DNA of 64,000 nucleotides, taken from positions 19,985-83,984 of the forward strand of contig JAHDEI010000001.1 of NCBI GenBank assembly GCA_020628915.1, read 5' to 3'. Position 1 is the stretch's first letter. Each line of letters begins with the position of its first letter. A model generated the notes under the pieces. It had not been told where the DNA came from, ran no database searches, and saw only the letters and a list, made by a program, of their open reading frames with translations. Of the stretch, positions 27,946 to 38,100 are shown piece after piece. The DNA comes from Minisyncoccota bacterium. GTDB taxonomy: Bacteria > Patescibacteriota > Minisyncoccia > Phycocordibacterales > GCA-2747955. Position numbers and translations under genes: made by a program.

Positions 27946-28024
27946 CCCTAATGCAAAATAGTTCCTAATTTGACTTTATTTTCTTTTATTTTATTATTCA
28001 AAAAGAATTACTGAGGAGAGTCCT

Positions 28025-28384
28025 ATGGACAAACTGTTAGCGGGTTTTATTACAGTGTTTGTATGCGCAATGATCTTTATCGCTATTGATTCATTCGGCA
28101 TCAGCCAAACTGAGCGTATATCAACTATTGTCGAGAAAAAAGTATACGAACCGCCATATACAACCACCTCTACAACCAAAATAGGTGACATCGACGTGCC
28201 GGTCACGACACATCATCCGGAGACCCACAATCTTCAATTTCGAATAGACAAGAAGAAACACTCTTTAGTTGTATCTTCTTCATTGTACTACCGCGTCGAG
28301 GTGGGTGATCAAATTAGAGTAACCTACACTATAGGGCGTATCACCAAGAAAGCCTATCCGAAAAGTGCATCTATTGCGGAATAA
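28025..28384 (+). CDS. Membrane-anchored beta-rich hypothetical protein (DUF2500-like)
   Basis: N-terminal TM; YYRVEVGDQIRVTY; TTGACT promoter and GAGGAG SD. Confidence 0.7.
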   Translation: MDKLLAGFITVFVCAMIFIAIDSFGISQTERISTIVEKKVYEPPYTTTSTTKIGDIDVPVTTHHPETHNLQFRIDKKKHSLVVSSSLYYRVEVGDQIRVTYTIGRITKKAYPKSASIAE

Positions 28385-28431
28385 AAAAATATTCTTTATT
28401 ATCTCTCTTATATACTAAGAGAGATATTTTT

Positions 28432-28860
28432 ATGTCTGAATTAAAAACAAAAAAGAATAATGTGTCAGTTCCTGCTTTTCTTAAAACAATTGAAGACGAA
28501 CAAAAACGCAAAGACGCCAAAGAGTTGGTTAAGATTTTTAAATCTGCAACAGATATGAAGCCTAAAATGTGGGGTTCATCTATCATTGGTTTTGGGTCAT
28601 ACCATTACAAATCGAATCGATCTTCTCAAGAAGGTGACTGGCCGCTAACCGCTTTCTCGCCACGAAAGGCTAACATTTCTATCTACCTCATGCCTGGCGT
28701 ATCCAAATACAGTAAAGACCTGGAAAAGCTTAGTAAACACAAAGTGAGCAAGGGATCGTGTTTGTATATAAAAAGATTAGAAGACGTTAACCTCAAGGTT
28801 CTCGAGAGAATTGTGAAAAAATCTACCAAAGACATGCAAAAGATGTATCCTGATAATTGA
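28432..28860 (+). CDS. DUF1801 (YdhG-like) protein
   Basis: PKMWGSSIIGFGSYHY, FSPRKANISIY, SCLYIKRL. Confidence 0.9.
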   Translation: MSELKTKKNNVSVPAFLKTIEDEQKRKDAKELVKIFKSATDMKPKMWGSSIIGFGSYHYKSNRSSQEGDWPLTAFSPRKANISIYLMPGVSKYSKDLEKLSKHKVSKGSCLYIKRLEDVNLKVLERIVKKSTKDMQKMYPDN

Positions 28861-28892
28861 AAATAAAAAGCCGCCAATATGGCGGCTTTTGT

Positions 28893-29405
28893 CTATCCGC
28901 GAGCCTGTCTCCATAGATGCCATGCAACCATACGAGATTTATCGCCGAAGAGATGTTTGAGTTGGTGGTACCACCGAACTGACTGCCTCTCAGCATACCC
29001 GTGATCACGAAACCATTTGTCTGTACCCGCAGTGCAATTCCCTGCCGCAACAGCATCGAGGCGTGTAGCGTCGGGACGCTCTGAGACCAGAAACCATATG
29101 ATTGCTGGCAGTTGTTTAATACGATAATCCTGTTTGTAAGCACGCTGTTTTTTAAGCGCAGCAATAGCTGTTCTGAATACGTCCCCACAATCTTCATCAT
29201 AGCGAGCATGGTATGACCAACCATCCCCACTCATTAAGAGCAGGATTTTTTCTCTGGTGGCTGGTAGATATGCATTATAGATCTTAAATGGTCCTTTTGT
29301 AGCCACTGGCTCTGTGGCATGGTATGACGTGATATCGTTTACTTCATCGTGGTGTTCTTCCGGATATAGAAATAACCTATCTAGATTACCAAAACTTAAC
29401 CCCAT
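28893..29405 (-). CDS. Orphan protein
   Basis: AAGGAG SD before ATG 29405; the upstream ATG at 29465 lies within the htpX terminator hairpin. Confidence 0.65.
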   Translation of the reverse strand: MGLSFGNLDRLFLYPEEHHDEVNDITSYHATEPVATKGPFKIYNAYLPATREKILLLMSGDGWSYHARYDEDCGDVFRTAIAALKKQRAYKQDYRIKQLPAIIWFLVSERPDATRLDAVAAGNCTAGTDKWFRDHGYAERQSVRWYHQLKHLFGDKSRMVAWHLWRQARG

Positions 29406-29469
29406 CTTTTTTCTCCTTAAAGCTCTAACTGCACCGATTATACAAAAAATGGCACCAAGTGCCATTTTT

Positions 29470-30378
29470 CTATTTATTCATTCCTTTAAGGTTTGCAACT
29501 CTTTGCTGTATTGGAGGGTGTGTCGAGAAAATTCTTTCAAGGAAATCTACTGACGTCTTATCTCGATCCAAAAACGGTGACGAGATGTAGAGGTGTGCAG
29601 TTGCTGTCCCTGCTCGTTTCACTGGTTTATTTTGGCCACCAATTTTTTCGAGAGCTGAGGCAAGTCCGTCAGGATATCGAGTCATCTCTACCCCACTAGC
29701 ATCTGCTAAATACTCTCTCTTTCGTGAAATAGCAAGCTGGATGAGTTTAGCAATGATTGGAGACAAAATAGCAAATGCTGCTCCGATAATGAGGATCACT
29801 AAGCGTGCCCGATCGTCTCCGCCAGACGCCCTCCCAGACTTGAACGCGCCGCGCATAAACAGATCAGCCATGATCGAAATAAATCCTATCAATGTTACAA
29901 CAATGGTCATTACTAGGATGTCTCTGTTTTTGATATGTGCCAGCTCGTGTGCTGCGACTCCTTCTAATTCTTTTTTCTCAAGACCATCAATGATCCCTGT
30001 TGTGAAGGCCATTGCAGCGTTTTTAGGGTTCCGTCCGGTTGCGAATGCATTCATTGCGGTGTCATCAATGATGTAGACTCGTGGCGTTGGCATTCCTTGT
30101 GAAATAGCAAGGTTTTCCACGATTCGTAATGCCACTTTATGTTTTGGATTTTTTGGATCCATTGGTTTTGCTCCTGACGCGGCAAGTGCTGCCTTATCAG
30201 AAAAAAAGTAAGACATAAAGTTTCCAAACATAGAAAAACCTACTGCTGCATAGAGAATAGAAGGATCATTGTAGGTAAACGAAAGTGCCCACCCTATTCC
30301 AATAATAAATACAAAGAAACCTCCCATGAGCATCCATGTTTTTCTGATGTTTGATCGTGCTTGCAGATGTGGAGTCAT
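29470..30378 (-). CDS. htpX: Zinc metalloprotease HtpX
   Basis: NAFATGRNP, AHELAH, SRKREYLAD, THP. Confidence 0.95.
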   Translation of the reverse strand: MTPHLQARSNIRKTWMLMGGFFVFIIGIGWALSFTYNDPSILYAAVGFSMFGNFMSYFFSDKAALAASGAKPMDPKNPKHKVALRIVENLAISQGMPTPRVYIIDDTAMNAFATGRNPKNAAMAFTTGIIDGLEKKELEGVAAHELAHIKNRDILVMTIVVTLIGFISIMADLFMRGAFKSGRASGGDDRARLVILIIGAAFAILSPIIAKLIQLAISRKREYLADASGVEMTRYPDGLASALEKIGGQNKPVKRAGTATAHLYISSPFLDRDKTSVDFLERIFSTHPPIQQRVANLKGMNK

Positions 30379-30379
30379 A

Positions 30380-30964
30380 TTAGAATTCTACTTTAACGTT
30401 TTCGCGTGCTGGAGAATCTTTCGCAATTTCAAAGAATTCTCTCATACTAAATCCAAAGACATTTGCGATGATATTAGAAGGAACTGACTCAACTTTTGTA
30501 TTGAAGTCTCGGACCGTACCGTTGTAAAATCGTCTCGATGCTTGGATTTTGTCTTCTGTGTCTGTTAATTCTCGCTGAAGCTCAAGGAAATTTTCATTTG
30601 CCTTTAGCTCTGGGTACCGCTCTGCAACTGCCATCAGTTTTGAGAGTGCACCTCCAAGTCCCGCTTGTGCTCCTTGAAACATTTTCATTGTTTCTGCGGT
30701 TACATTTCCTGCATCAATATTAATTGCTGTTGCTGCAGATCGTGCTTTGATTACTGCCTCGAGTGTTTCTTTCTCGTGTGCTGCGTATCCCTTAACCGTT
30801 TCAACAAGGTTTGGGATCAGATCGTATCGACGCTTTAGTTGCACGTCAATGTCAGCCCATGCTTCTTCAACACGGTTTTTGCCTGAAATAAATCCATTGT
30901 AGGTAAGGAATACCCATCCCAGAAGCACTGCTAACGCAATACCGAGTGTACTTAATACTTCCAT
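30380..30964 (-). CDS. lemA: LemA family protein
   Basis: AWADIDVQLKRRYDLIPNLV, YPELKANENF. Confidence 0.95.
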   Translation of the reverse strand: MEVLSTLGIALAVLLGWVFLTYNGFISGKNRVEEAWADIDVQLKRRYDLIPNLVETVKGYAAHEKETLEAVIKARSAATAINIDAGNVTAETMKMFQGAQAGLGGALSKLMAVAERYPELKANENFLELQRELTDTEDKIQASRRFYNGTVRDFNTKVESVPSNIIANVFGFSMREFFEIAKDSPARENVKVEF

Positions 30965-31040
30965 AAATATTTGCTATTTTGTAATAAATAAATTTTAACA
31001 CAAAAACAGCAAGTGATTTTACTTGCTGTTTTTGTATTTG

Positions 31041-31122
31041 TACCTAGGAGAGGGGTCGAACCTCCACGCCCGAAGGCACTAGCTCCTAAGGCTAGCGTGT
31101 CTACCAATTCCACCACCTAGGC
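31041..31122 (-). tRNA. tRNA-Leu(TAG)
   Basis: GCCTAGGTGGTGGAATTGGTAGAC...CTAGC-CTTAGGA-GCTAG...GGTTCGACCC. Confidence 0.95.
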
Positions 31123-31166
31123 AAATGATTGAAGAATCTTAACAAAAAAATACAAAAAGGCAAAGA

Positions 31167-31619
31167 TTATTTTCTGATCTTGAGACACCAAGCATCAAAG
31201 CCATTAATTGAACATCCTTGATCTTGAGGAATTTGGTCTGGGTCATCAAAGACTGTCGCGATAACTGCTGCTCCACCTCCATCAATATACAAATAAGGGT
31301 GATCATCAGGTGAAACCGGCAATGCTCCCATAAAACCATCTCGAGTTAATTCATATAAACATACCCTATCTCCGTATCTCACGCCGATTTCACACCAGTC
31401 TGGATTGTTCCTGTTAACTGGGTATTCTCCATATAAAAGTTCTGACAAAATAATTGCCTGCTCTATTTGTCTCATCTCAAGTTTCTTGGATGCATCTCTA
31501 CCGTCTTGCGCAGCTTTTGCAAATTGACCCGACAAAAACCATACAAAAAAGACAACGGTACAGAAACCCAGGACAAGCTGGCTTATCTTTCGAACATTTT
31601 GTTGATTTTTTTCAAACAT
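31167..31619 (-). CDS. Pseudopilin/GspG-like protein lacking a clear prepilin cleavage motif
   Basis: TM followed by GRDASKKLEMRQIEQAI...YGEYP...LPVSP; Cys pairs. Confidence 0.6.
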   Translation of the reverse strand: MFEKNQQNVRKISQLVLGFCTVVFFVWFLSGQFAKAAQDGRDASKKLEMRQIEQAIILSELLYGEYPVNRNNPDWCEIGVRYGDRVCLYELTRDGFMGALPVSPDDHPYLYIDGGGAAVIATVFDDPDQIPQDQGCSINGFDAWCLKIRK

Positions 31620-31623
31620 GAAA

Positions 31624-32655
31624 TTATCTAAACCATTTTTTGTGAAGAGCATCGTACTCACCGTTCTCTCGGACTCGGAGAAGAGCTTGATTAATGTCTT
31701 CAAGTAGTAGACTGCCACTCGGCAAAGCCACTCCGTAATTCTCTGGATTGAAGAGTTCGCCCATTACCTGAACTTTTCCTGCTCCCTTATTACTAGCGTA
31801 AAATTTAATGATAGGAGCATCATGCACAACAGCATCTAACTGACCGTTGGCAACTCCATCAAATAAGTTATCAATACTTGAATACGTAATTGTTGCAAGA
31901 TTTTGTTTGCGCAAGAATGCCTCGGATGTTGACCCTCCGATGACACCAACTTTTTTACCACGCAAGTCCTCAACTGTACTAATTTTTGCTTTTTGTTCAA
32001 GAATTACTAGCGACGATGTTAACTCAGCCGTTGCGGCAATGAACCCAAAGAATAATACCGCGATCCACAAAAGGAAGATGACTCGACCTGCTGGCTTGAT
32101 TGGCAGCTCTTCGCCAAATGAACCAAGAGTTGCGAGTTTCCAATAAATGGAAAATAGTTTCTTATTCTGTAATTGGCCTTTGTACACAAATGCATAAAGT
32201 AATCCTCCTAGAACCACAAACAACAAAAGAATCCACAACATAATCCACCAAAATTCGGCATTCGAAATCGCCTTGAACAAATTCTTTGCTTGGGATTGTG
32301 TTGAGCTCATAATAAGCATCCCGCCATTGTAGATTGGTGATGAAAAGTCCATCACCTCTTCCCGATCAGCAGTAATAGAAATATTTGCAATCGCGGCATC
32401 CGCTTCACCAATTCGAGGCGCCGCAAGGAGATTAACGAATTTTTCTTTAACAATGAATTCGTATTGCCAGTCATTATACTGAGCAATTTTTTCCCATAGC
32501 TCAATACTGAATCCATCTAATCCCTGCTCTGTTTGGATAACAAAAGGGTGCCTTTCAATTGTTGCGACCTTTAAAACTTGATCACCTTCAGCTTGTGCCG
32601 AAACCCCCGGCACAAAAATGAAGAAGCACGACAGAGCAAAAACTATTTTTTTCAT
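31624..32655 (-). CDS. Amino-acid-binding protein with inserted 2-TM channel-like segment (prokaryotic iGluR-like)
   Basis: S1 (GFSIELW, ISITADRE) - TM - WKLATLGSFGEELP - TM - S2 (DLRGKKVG, YGVALP). Confidence 0.8.
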   Translation of the reverse strand: MKKIVFALSCFFIFVPGVSAQAEGDQVLKVATIERHPFVIQTEQGLDGFSIELWEKIAQYNDWQYEFIVKEKFVNLLAAPRIGEADAAIANISITADREEVMDFSSPIYNGGMLIMSSTQSQAKNLFKAISNAEFWWIMLWILLLFVVLGGLLYAFVYKGQLQNKKLFSIYWKLATLGSFGEELPIKPAGRVIFLLWIAVLFFGFIAATAELTSSLVILEQKAKISTVEDLRGKKVGVIGGSTSEAFLRKQNLATITYSSIDNLFDGVANGQLDAVVHDAPIIKFYASNKGAGKVQVMGELFNPENYGVALPSGSLLLEDINQALLRVRENGEYDALHKKWFR

Positions 32656-32702
32656 AAAATAATTATATCAATAAAAAAATGCCTCCGGCACTTTTTTGTT
32701 GA

Positions 32703-33731
32703 TTACGATGAAATAGTCATTCGCTTTTTTTTATAATGAGTTAAATTCTTTTTGTAATCGTTTCTTGTTGTCCATTTTTTAAATTTAGCAGGCAATTTAT
32801 CAAAGCCCTTACATTTGTAGCTACAATACCCACCTTTTTGTTCAATACACTCTTCACAACCAATAAAGAGAATGTGGCAAGCCTGGTTTTTACAATGGTA
32901 GTGTGTGTCTGCTTTGTGTTTTGTACAAACATGACATGTTGCAATAATTTCATCAGAGATTCGCTCTCCCATTCGTTCATCAAAAACAAAATTCTTACCT
33001 TTGAACTTATTTTCAAGCTTTTGCTCTTTTACCTGATGCGCATAATCAATGATTCCTCCCTTGAGATGTTTCACATTTTCAAAACCATTATGCTTCATCC
33101 AGGCTGAAGCTTTTTCACATCGAATCCCGCCAGTACAATATAATGCAATCGGTGCGTCCTTTTTATCAGAAAGCTCGTCTGTAATAACAGCAAGCTCTTC
33201 CCTAAACGTATCGACGTTTGGTGTAACAGCACCTTCAAAATGTCCAACTTCCGATTCATATGCATTTCTCATATCAACCACTATCGCTTCTGGATTAGTT
33301 ACATAGTCATTTATTTCTGCTGCTGTTAGGTATTCGCCAGTATTTGACGGGTCAAAAGAAGAATCATTAAGTCCGTCTGCAACAATCTTATCTTTGACGC
33401 GCACTATCAATTTAATGAATGATTTAGAATCTTCTTCTACAGCAATCTTATATGGAATATCGTTAAACTCTGGTATTGATTTAATGAACTGATCAAAAGC
33501 TTCCCAATTATGTTCTGGCACATTCATCTGAGCATTAATCCCCTCTTGCGCAATATAAATACGACCCTTACACCCAAGAGCAAAAAACTTTTCATGTAAT
33601 TTCTCTCTCATTTTCTGTGGGTTAGAAATCGCCACATATTTATAAAATGAAAGCGTAATACGAGAAAAATCTTCCGCTTCGAGCTCTGCAAGTAGCTGCT
33701 CTTTTGATTTAAGTCTGTCCTCTTTTTTCAT
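32703..33731 (-). CDS. trhO: tRNA uridine(34) hydroxylase (rhodanese, YceA)
   Basis: GRIYIAQEGINAQ, YCTGGIRCEK, FVFDER. Confidence 0.93.
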   Translation of the reverse strand: MKKEDRLKSKEQLLAELEAEDFSRITLSFYKYVAISNPQKMREKLHEKFFALGCKGRIYIAQEGINAQMNVPEHNWEAFDQFIKSIPEFNDIPYKIAVEEDSKSFIKLIVRVKDKIVADGLNDSSFDPSNTGEYLTAAEINDYVTNPEAIVVDMRNAYESEVGHFEGAVTPNVDTFREELAVITDELSDKKDAPIALYCTGGIRCEKASAWMKHNGFENVKHLKGGIIDYAHQVKEQKLENKFKGKNFVFDERMGERISDEIIATCHVCTKHKADTHYHCKNQACHILFIGCEECIEQKGGYCSYKCKGFDKLPAKFKKWTTRNDYKKNLTHYKKKRMTISS

Positions 33732-33752
33732 GCTGATTATTGTACTGATTTC

Positions 33753-34520
33753 CTATTTTTTTACAAAAACAAAATGATCTTTTTTAGAACGAAGCTTGGA
33801 ATACACGTAGCCATCTCTGTCATACTTTTTAATACCCTTTGGTTCAACAATCATGTTTTCACACATCCACCCTGCGAGAGACCCGCGCTGCTGTTTCGTA
33901 TAGACGGTCGCTTGAGTGAGCTTTCTTCCCTTCTTTTGATAAAAAGAGACATTTATCCAACGGCCCTTCCAGGCAGAAGTATTAATTACTTTTGTATATT
34001 CTTCTGAGGCAAGATTGATAATTACTTTTGATTCCTTTTTGCCTAATAATTCTTTTGATATCCGAGGACCCCAGTATTCGTAGAGGTTTTTATATGTGAC
34101 ACCCTTTAATGTAAAGCCAAATTTGGTTCCCATCTCTAGTCGATAAGGCTGCATTAAGTCCAGAGGACGAAGTATTCCATACAAGCCAGACAGTACCCGC
34201 AGATGCTGCTGCATATAAACGTATTGTTTACGGGCAAATGTTGTATCGAAGGTTTTATAAACAGCTCCTGTAAATGTATGGATGGCTTGTTTTGCATTTT
34301 TTTGAGTATGCCTTTTTTTCCATGTGTCTATTCGGGCGATATTTACTGCCGTTATAGAATCATTTGTTTTAAGAAGTTTTTGTAATTCGTCCCCTGTCAG
34401 CTCGCGGAGTTTCCTGATGAGATGCCACCGCTCGTCTTCAAATAATGGCTCTGTGAAGAGTTCTGTTGGAGCTAAGGACTCGACATCTTGAGTCTTTGAT
34501 GGAGACAGTAGTATCAACAT
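33753..34520 (-). CDS. yaaA: Peroxide stress protein YaaA
   Basis: LLSPSK, LSGLYGILRPLD, YRLEMGT, NLASEEY. Confidence 0.92.
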   Translation of the reverse strand: MLILLSPSKTQDVESLAPTELFTEPLFEDERWHLIRKLRELTGDELQKLLKTNDSITAVNIARIDTWKKRHTQKNAKQAIHTFTGAVYKTFDTTFARKQYVYMQQHLRVLSGLYGILRPLDLMQPYRLEMGTKFGFTLKGVTYKNLYEYWGPRISKELLGKKESKVIINLASEEYTKVINTSAWKGRWINVSFYQKKGRKLTQATVYTKQQRGSLAGWMCENMIVEPKGIKKYDRDGYVYSKLRSKKDHFVFVKK

Positions 34521-34615
34521 AAAAATATTCTACACAAGTCAAATAAAAACACCACTTGTGGCTGATACAATGATATGGTAACTCCGGTTATATATTATTT
34601 ACTAATTACTCTTTT

Positions 34616-35104
34616 ATGGGACTATTTTCATTTATTAAAGACGCTGGTTCTAACCTATTCGGAAACGATGCAGAAGCAGCAGAAGATCGAGCGGGAATGA
34701 TTCGAGGCAAACTAGCTGAATTTGGAATTGACGGTGTATCAGTTGCTGTTGATGACGCAGCAGTAACACTTGCTGGTGAAGTTGAGAACAAGATTGTTAA
34801 ACGAAAAGCAATCATTATTGCTGGAAACGTGAGTGGAGTTGCGTCAGTTGACGACCAAATGACATACGCAATGGCAGAGATGAATGAAGGAGAAACGTCT
34901 GAAGCTCCAACAGCTACCGAAGAAGACTTATCACAAGAATTTTATACTGTTCAGTCCGGAGACTCTCTTTCTGGCATCGCAAAAGAAGTATATGGAGATG
35001 CTATGAAGTACCCTGTTATTTTTGAAGCAAACAAACCTATGCTTTCTGACCCAGATAAAATTTATCCAGGCCAAATGCTTATTATTCCTTCACTAGAAGA
35101 ATAA
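34616..35104 (+). CDS. BON + LysM domain protein (YgaU/Kbp-like)
   Basis: MGLFSFIKDAG, GNVSGVASVDD, YTVQSGDSLS...IYPGQML. Confidence 0.92.
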   Translation: MGLFSFIKDAGSNLFGNDAEAAEDRAGMIRGKLAEFGIDGVSVAVDDAAVTLAGEVENKIVKRKAIIIAGNVSGVASVDDQMTYAMAEMNEGETSEAPTATEEDLSQEFYTVQSGDSLSGIAKEVYGDAMKYPVIFEANKPMLSDPDKIYPGQMLIIPSLEE

Positions 35105-35106
35105 AT

Positions 35107-35135
35107 TAAAAAACACCGCCCTGCGGTGTTTTTTA
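35107..35135. repeat. 29-bp direct repeat copy 1 / bidirectional terminator
   Basis: TAAAAAACACCGCCCTGCGGTGTTTTTTA, identical to 42364-42392. Confidence 0.9.
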
Positions 35136-35149
35136 ATTTTTGATATTTA

Positions 35150-38100
35150 TTAATATGACACTGATACTCCGTTTTCCAGGAGAATCTCTCCAATTGGACA
35201 CCCAACCATTTCATTCATAAATTTATTGGTTGTTTTATATTTATATCCAGTTCCTTTCGTCAATCCCCACGGTTTAAGCATGGTTGCCGAAAATGTTTCT
35301 TGGAAATCAATCATTGATCGATAAATTTCATCGTCCCAGATAGTATTAATTGGGCCGTTATAGAATCCTAATTCCGTCATGAATACTTTTGTTCTCTGGA
35401 CCTCTACTGAATTAGTATTCTGAGTTCTACCATTGAACTCTCTAAAGACCGGACATTCTAGAGACTTATTACAGTTAAACGAATTAATTTTCATTCGTGT
35501 TGTCAGGTACACATACCCAGTTGGCTGAGTTAGTCCCCACACCTCTAGTACTGAGCTCGAGTATTTTGACTGGAACCGTTTTACGGCTTCGAAGTCATCT
35601 TGATCATAGGTCCCATCAAGTGCTAAGGCTTCTCCTTCGTGGTTGTTTAAGAACGTAATTAACTTATTAACCTCCACCGGGTTATTGGAACGACCGAGAG
35701 CAATTGTTTCTGTTAAGTATGGCTCACAAACAGAAAGAGTTGATTGTGTTAGTGTGGGAATAATTGTTTCTGTATTCTCTACCGACTCGAGACTAGAATC
35801 TTCCGGATACTCACACCGACTTTGCTTGTGTCGTCCATAAGTTTTGTAATTAATCGCAGCTGGGTCTTTACAGACAAATCTCACAGAAGAACCTCCTCCT
35901 GACGAGATACGAGGAGAAACCACAACGTCATGAGATGTTGCAGGAGAACTATTCCCTGCCTCATCGGTTTGAATCACTGATACGGTTGTTGTCCCAACAT
36001 CAGTAAATTGTACATATGCAGCAAACGTACTTGAAGCAGTACAGGATTCTGTCTTTGGATCTGGAATAATTCCTGGTCCGTATATGGTTACAAGGCTGCC
36101 TGGCTCACATACACCTGTTATTGGTAGTGATGTATTATTTGTTGCTGTAGATGGAGAAATTCCCGTAGGTGCGGCAGGCCCAGTTAAGTCAACAAATACA
36201 TCAACTGAAGTGGTCCCCGAGGTATTCCCCGCCTCATCTGTTACAGAAACATCTAGCGTGGAAGTTGCACCATCCGCCGCAGCGTCCCACAAAACATCTG
36301 TGGTGTATGTTCCGCTCGCGGTACAAGCTACTTCAGTAGGGTCAGGAATAATATTTGGGTTTGAAATAGTCACCGTCCCATTCGATTCACATGTTCCACT
36401 TACCGTAGTTGGGTTGCTCACATTTGTTGATCCGTCTGGGTCTGAGATTGTTGGGTCTGATGGTGATGTCACGTCCCCCGTTGCAAATACCGTGTCAGGT
36501 CCAGACATATTCCCTGCATTATCCGTGGCTGTTGCAGTTATAAATAGTGGTCCTTCATCGCCTGGAGAAACCAAAGGAGGTGCTACGTCACAGCTCCATG
36601 TTCCGTCTGGCTGCACGGTTGTCTGGCACACTTGTCCCCCTGGTGAAATAAGAACGTCGATAGTATCACCTGGTGTTCCGACTCCCTCTACGGTTCCATC
36701 AGTTGTTCCTCCATTTGACGGGAATGTAATAGTTGGCGTGGTTGGTGGATCTAAGTCAACAGTTACCGGAACAGAAATAGTAGATGATTGATTCCCTGCT
36801 GCGTCTTCTTCATACACATCAATAGTGGTAGATCCAGATGTCCCCGACTCCCATAAAATATCTACTGAATACATTCCTGAGGCATCACAAACGACCTCAA
36901 TAGGGCTACCTTGAATATCTGAGTTTGCAATGACTACTGTTGATCCTGGTTCACATGCGCCAAAAACCTCCGTTGGATTTCCGATAGCTGAACCAGTTGT
37001 TGGAGAATCCACAGTGATTGCAGATGGTGCAGTGCCGTCATATGAAATCTGATTGTCTGTTGAAACAGAGGTTGTATTGAGATTTCCGGAAAGATCCTCG
37101 ACGACCCCGACAGGGATAGATAGAGTGACAGCATCTCCATCTGTAACCCCTGTCACTTCTACTTCATATGTTGTGTCATCATTTGGAGCAACTTCGGTTG
37201 GCCCGTTAACAGTAAGACCTGCTATTGATCCCGAAGGGAACGCTGACAAGACAAGGTCAGAGACATCAAATGTTGTTTCATTAATTGGTTCTGAGAATGT
37301 GATGGTCCATGTAAGAGAATTCACATTTGTGGGGTCAGTCTGGTCGACTTTTTGTTCAACTGCAACTCCCGGATCATCGAGATCAACACTAACTGCCACA
37401 TCAGTCATCGGAGAAACATTTCCTGCAGGATCCGTTAAAGTAACAGAAAGGGTTGTTGATCCACTCGTTCCGTCAGCCCAATCAACTGAGACATCTTGTG
37501 GTCCTGCGGCAGTACACGTATATGTTGTTGGATTAGGGATGATATTTGAATTTGAAATGGTAATGATTTCATCAGGTTCATTACAAACAATTTCAACGTT
37601 TGTTGGACTATTAACTGTTGCCCCTGATACCGGTTCGTTTACTGTTGGGGCAGCAGGCGGATTTGTATCTACAGTTACCACATTATCAATTGATAGAGAC
37701 CCAGCATTAAGGTTACCAGCTAGATCTTGTACTGTGCCAGCAGGCAATGATACCTGAATGTCTCCATCTCCTGTGCTTGTAATTGTTAGCTTGTATGTTG
37801 TTCCATCAAATGGAGAGATTTCTGATACAGACGAAACTGCAACTCCAGCAGCAGTTGACGCAGATAGATCAAAGTCTGTTACTTCGACAGTTGATCCATC
37901 AACTTCTTCTGAAAAAGTTACGATGAATTGCGCTGCTTGTAAATACGTAGGGTCAGATTGAACTCCTGATTGCTCTAGTTGCACTTGTGGTGCAACCAGA
38001 TCTGGGGAAATGCCAGATACTGTTGTCGTAACAGATGTATTCCCTGCCGCATCAATACAGGTAACTAGAAGATCATACGTGTTTCCATTTGCAACACCTG

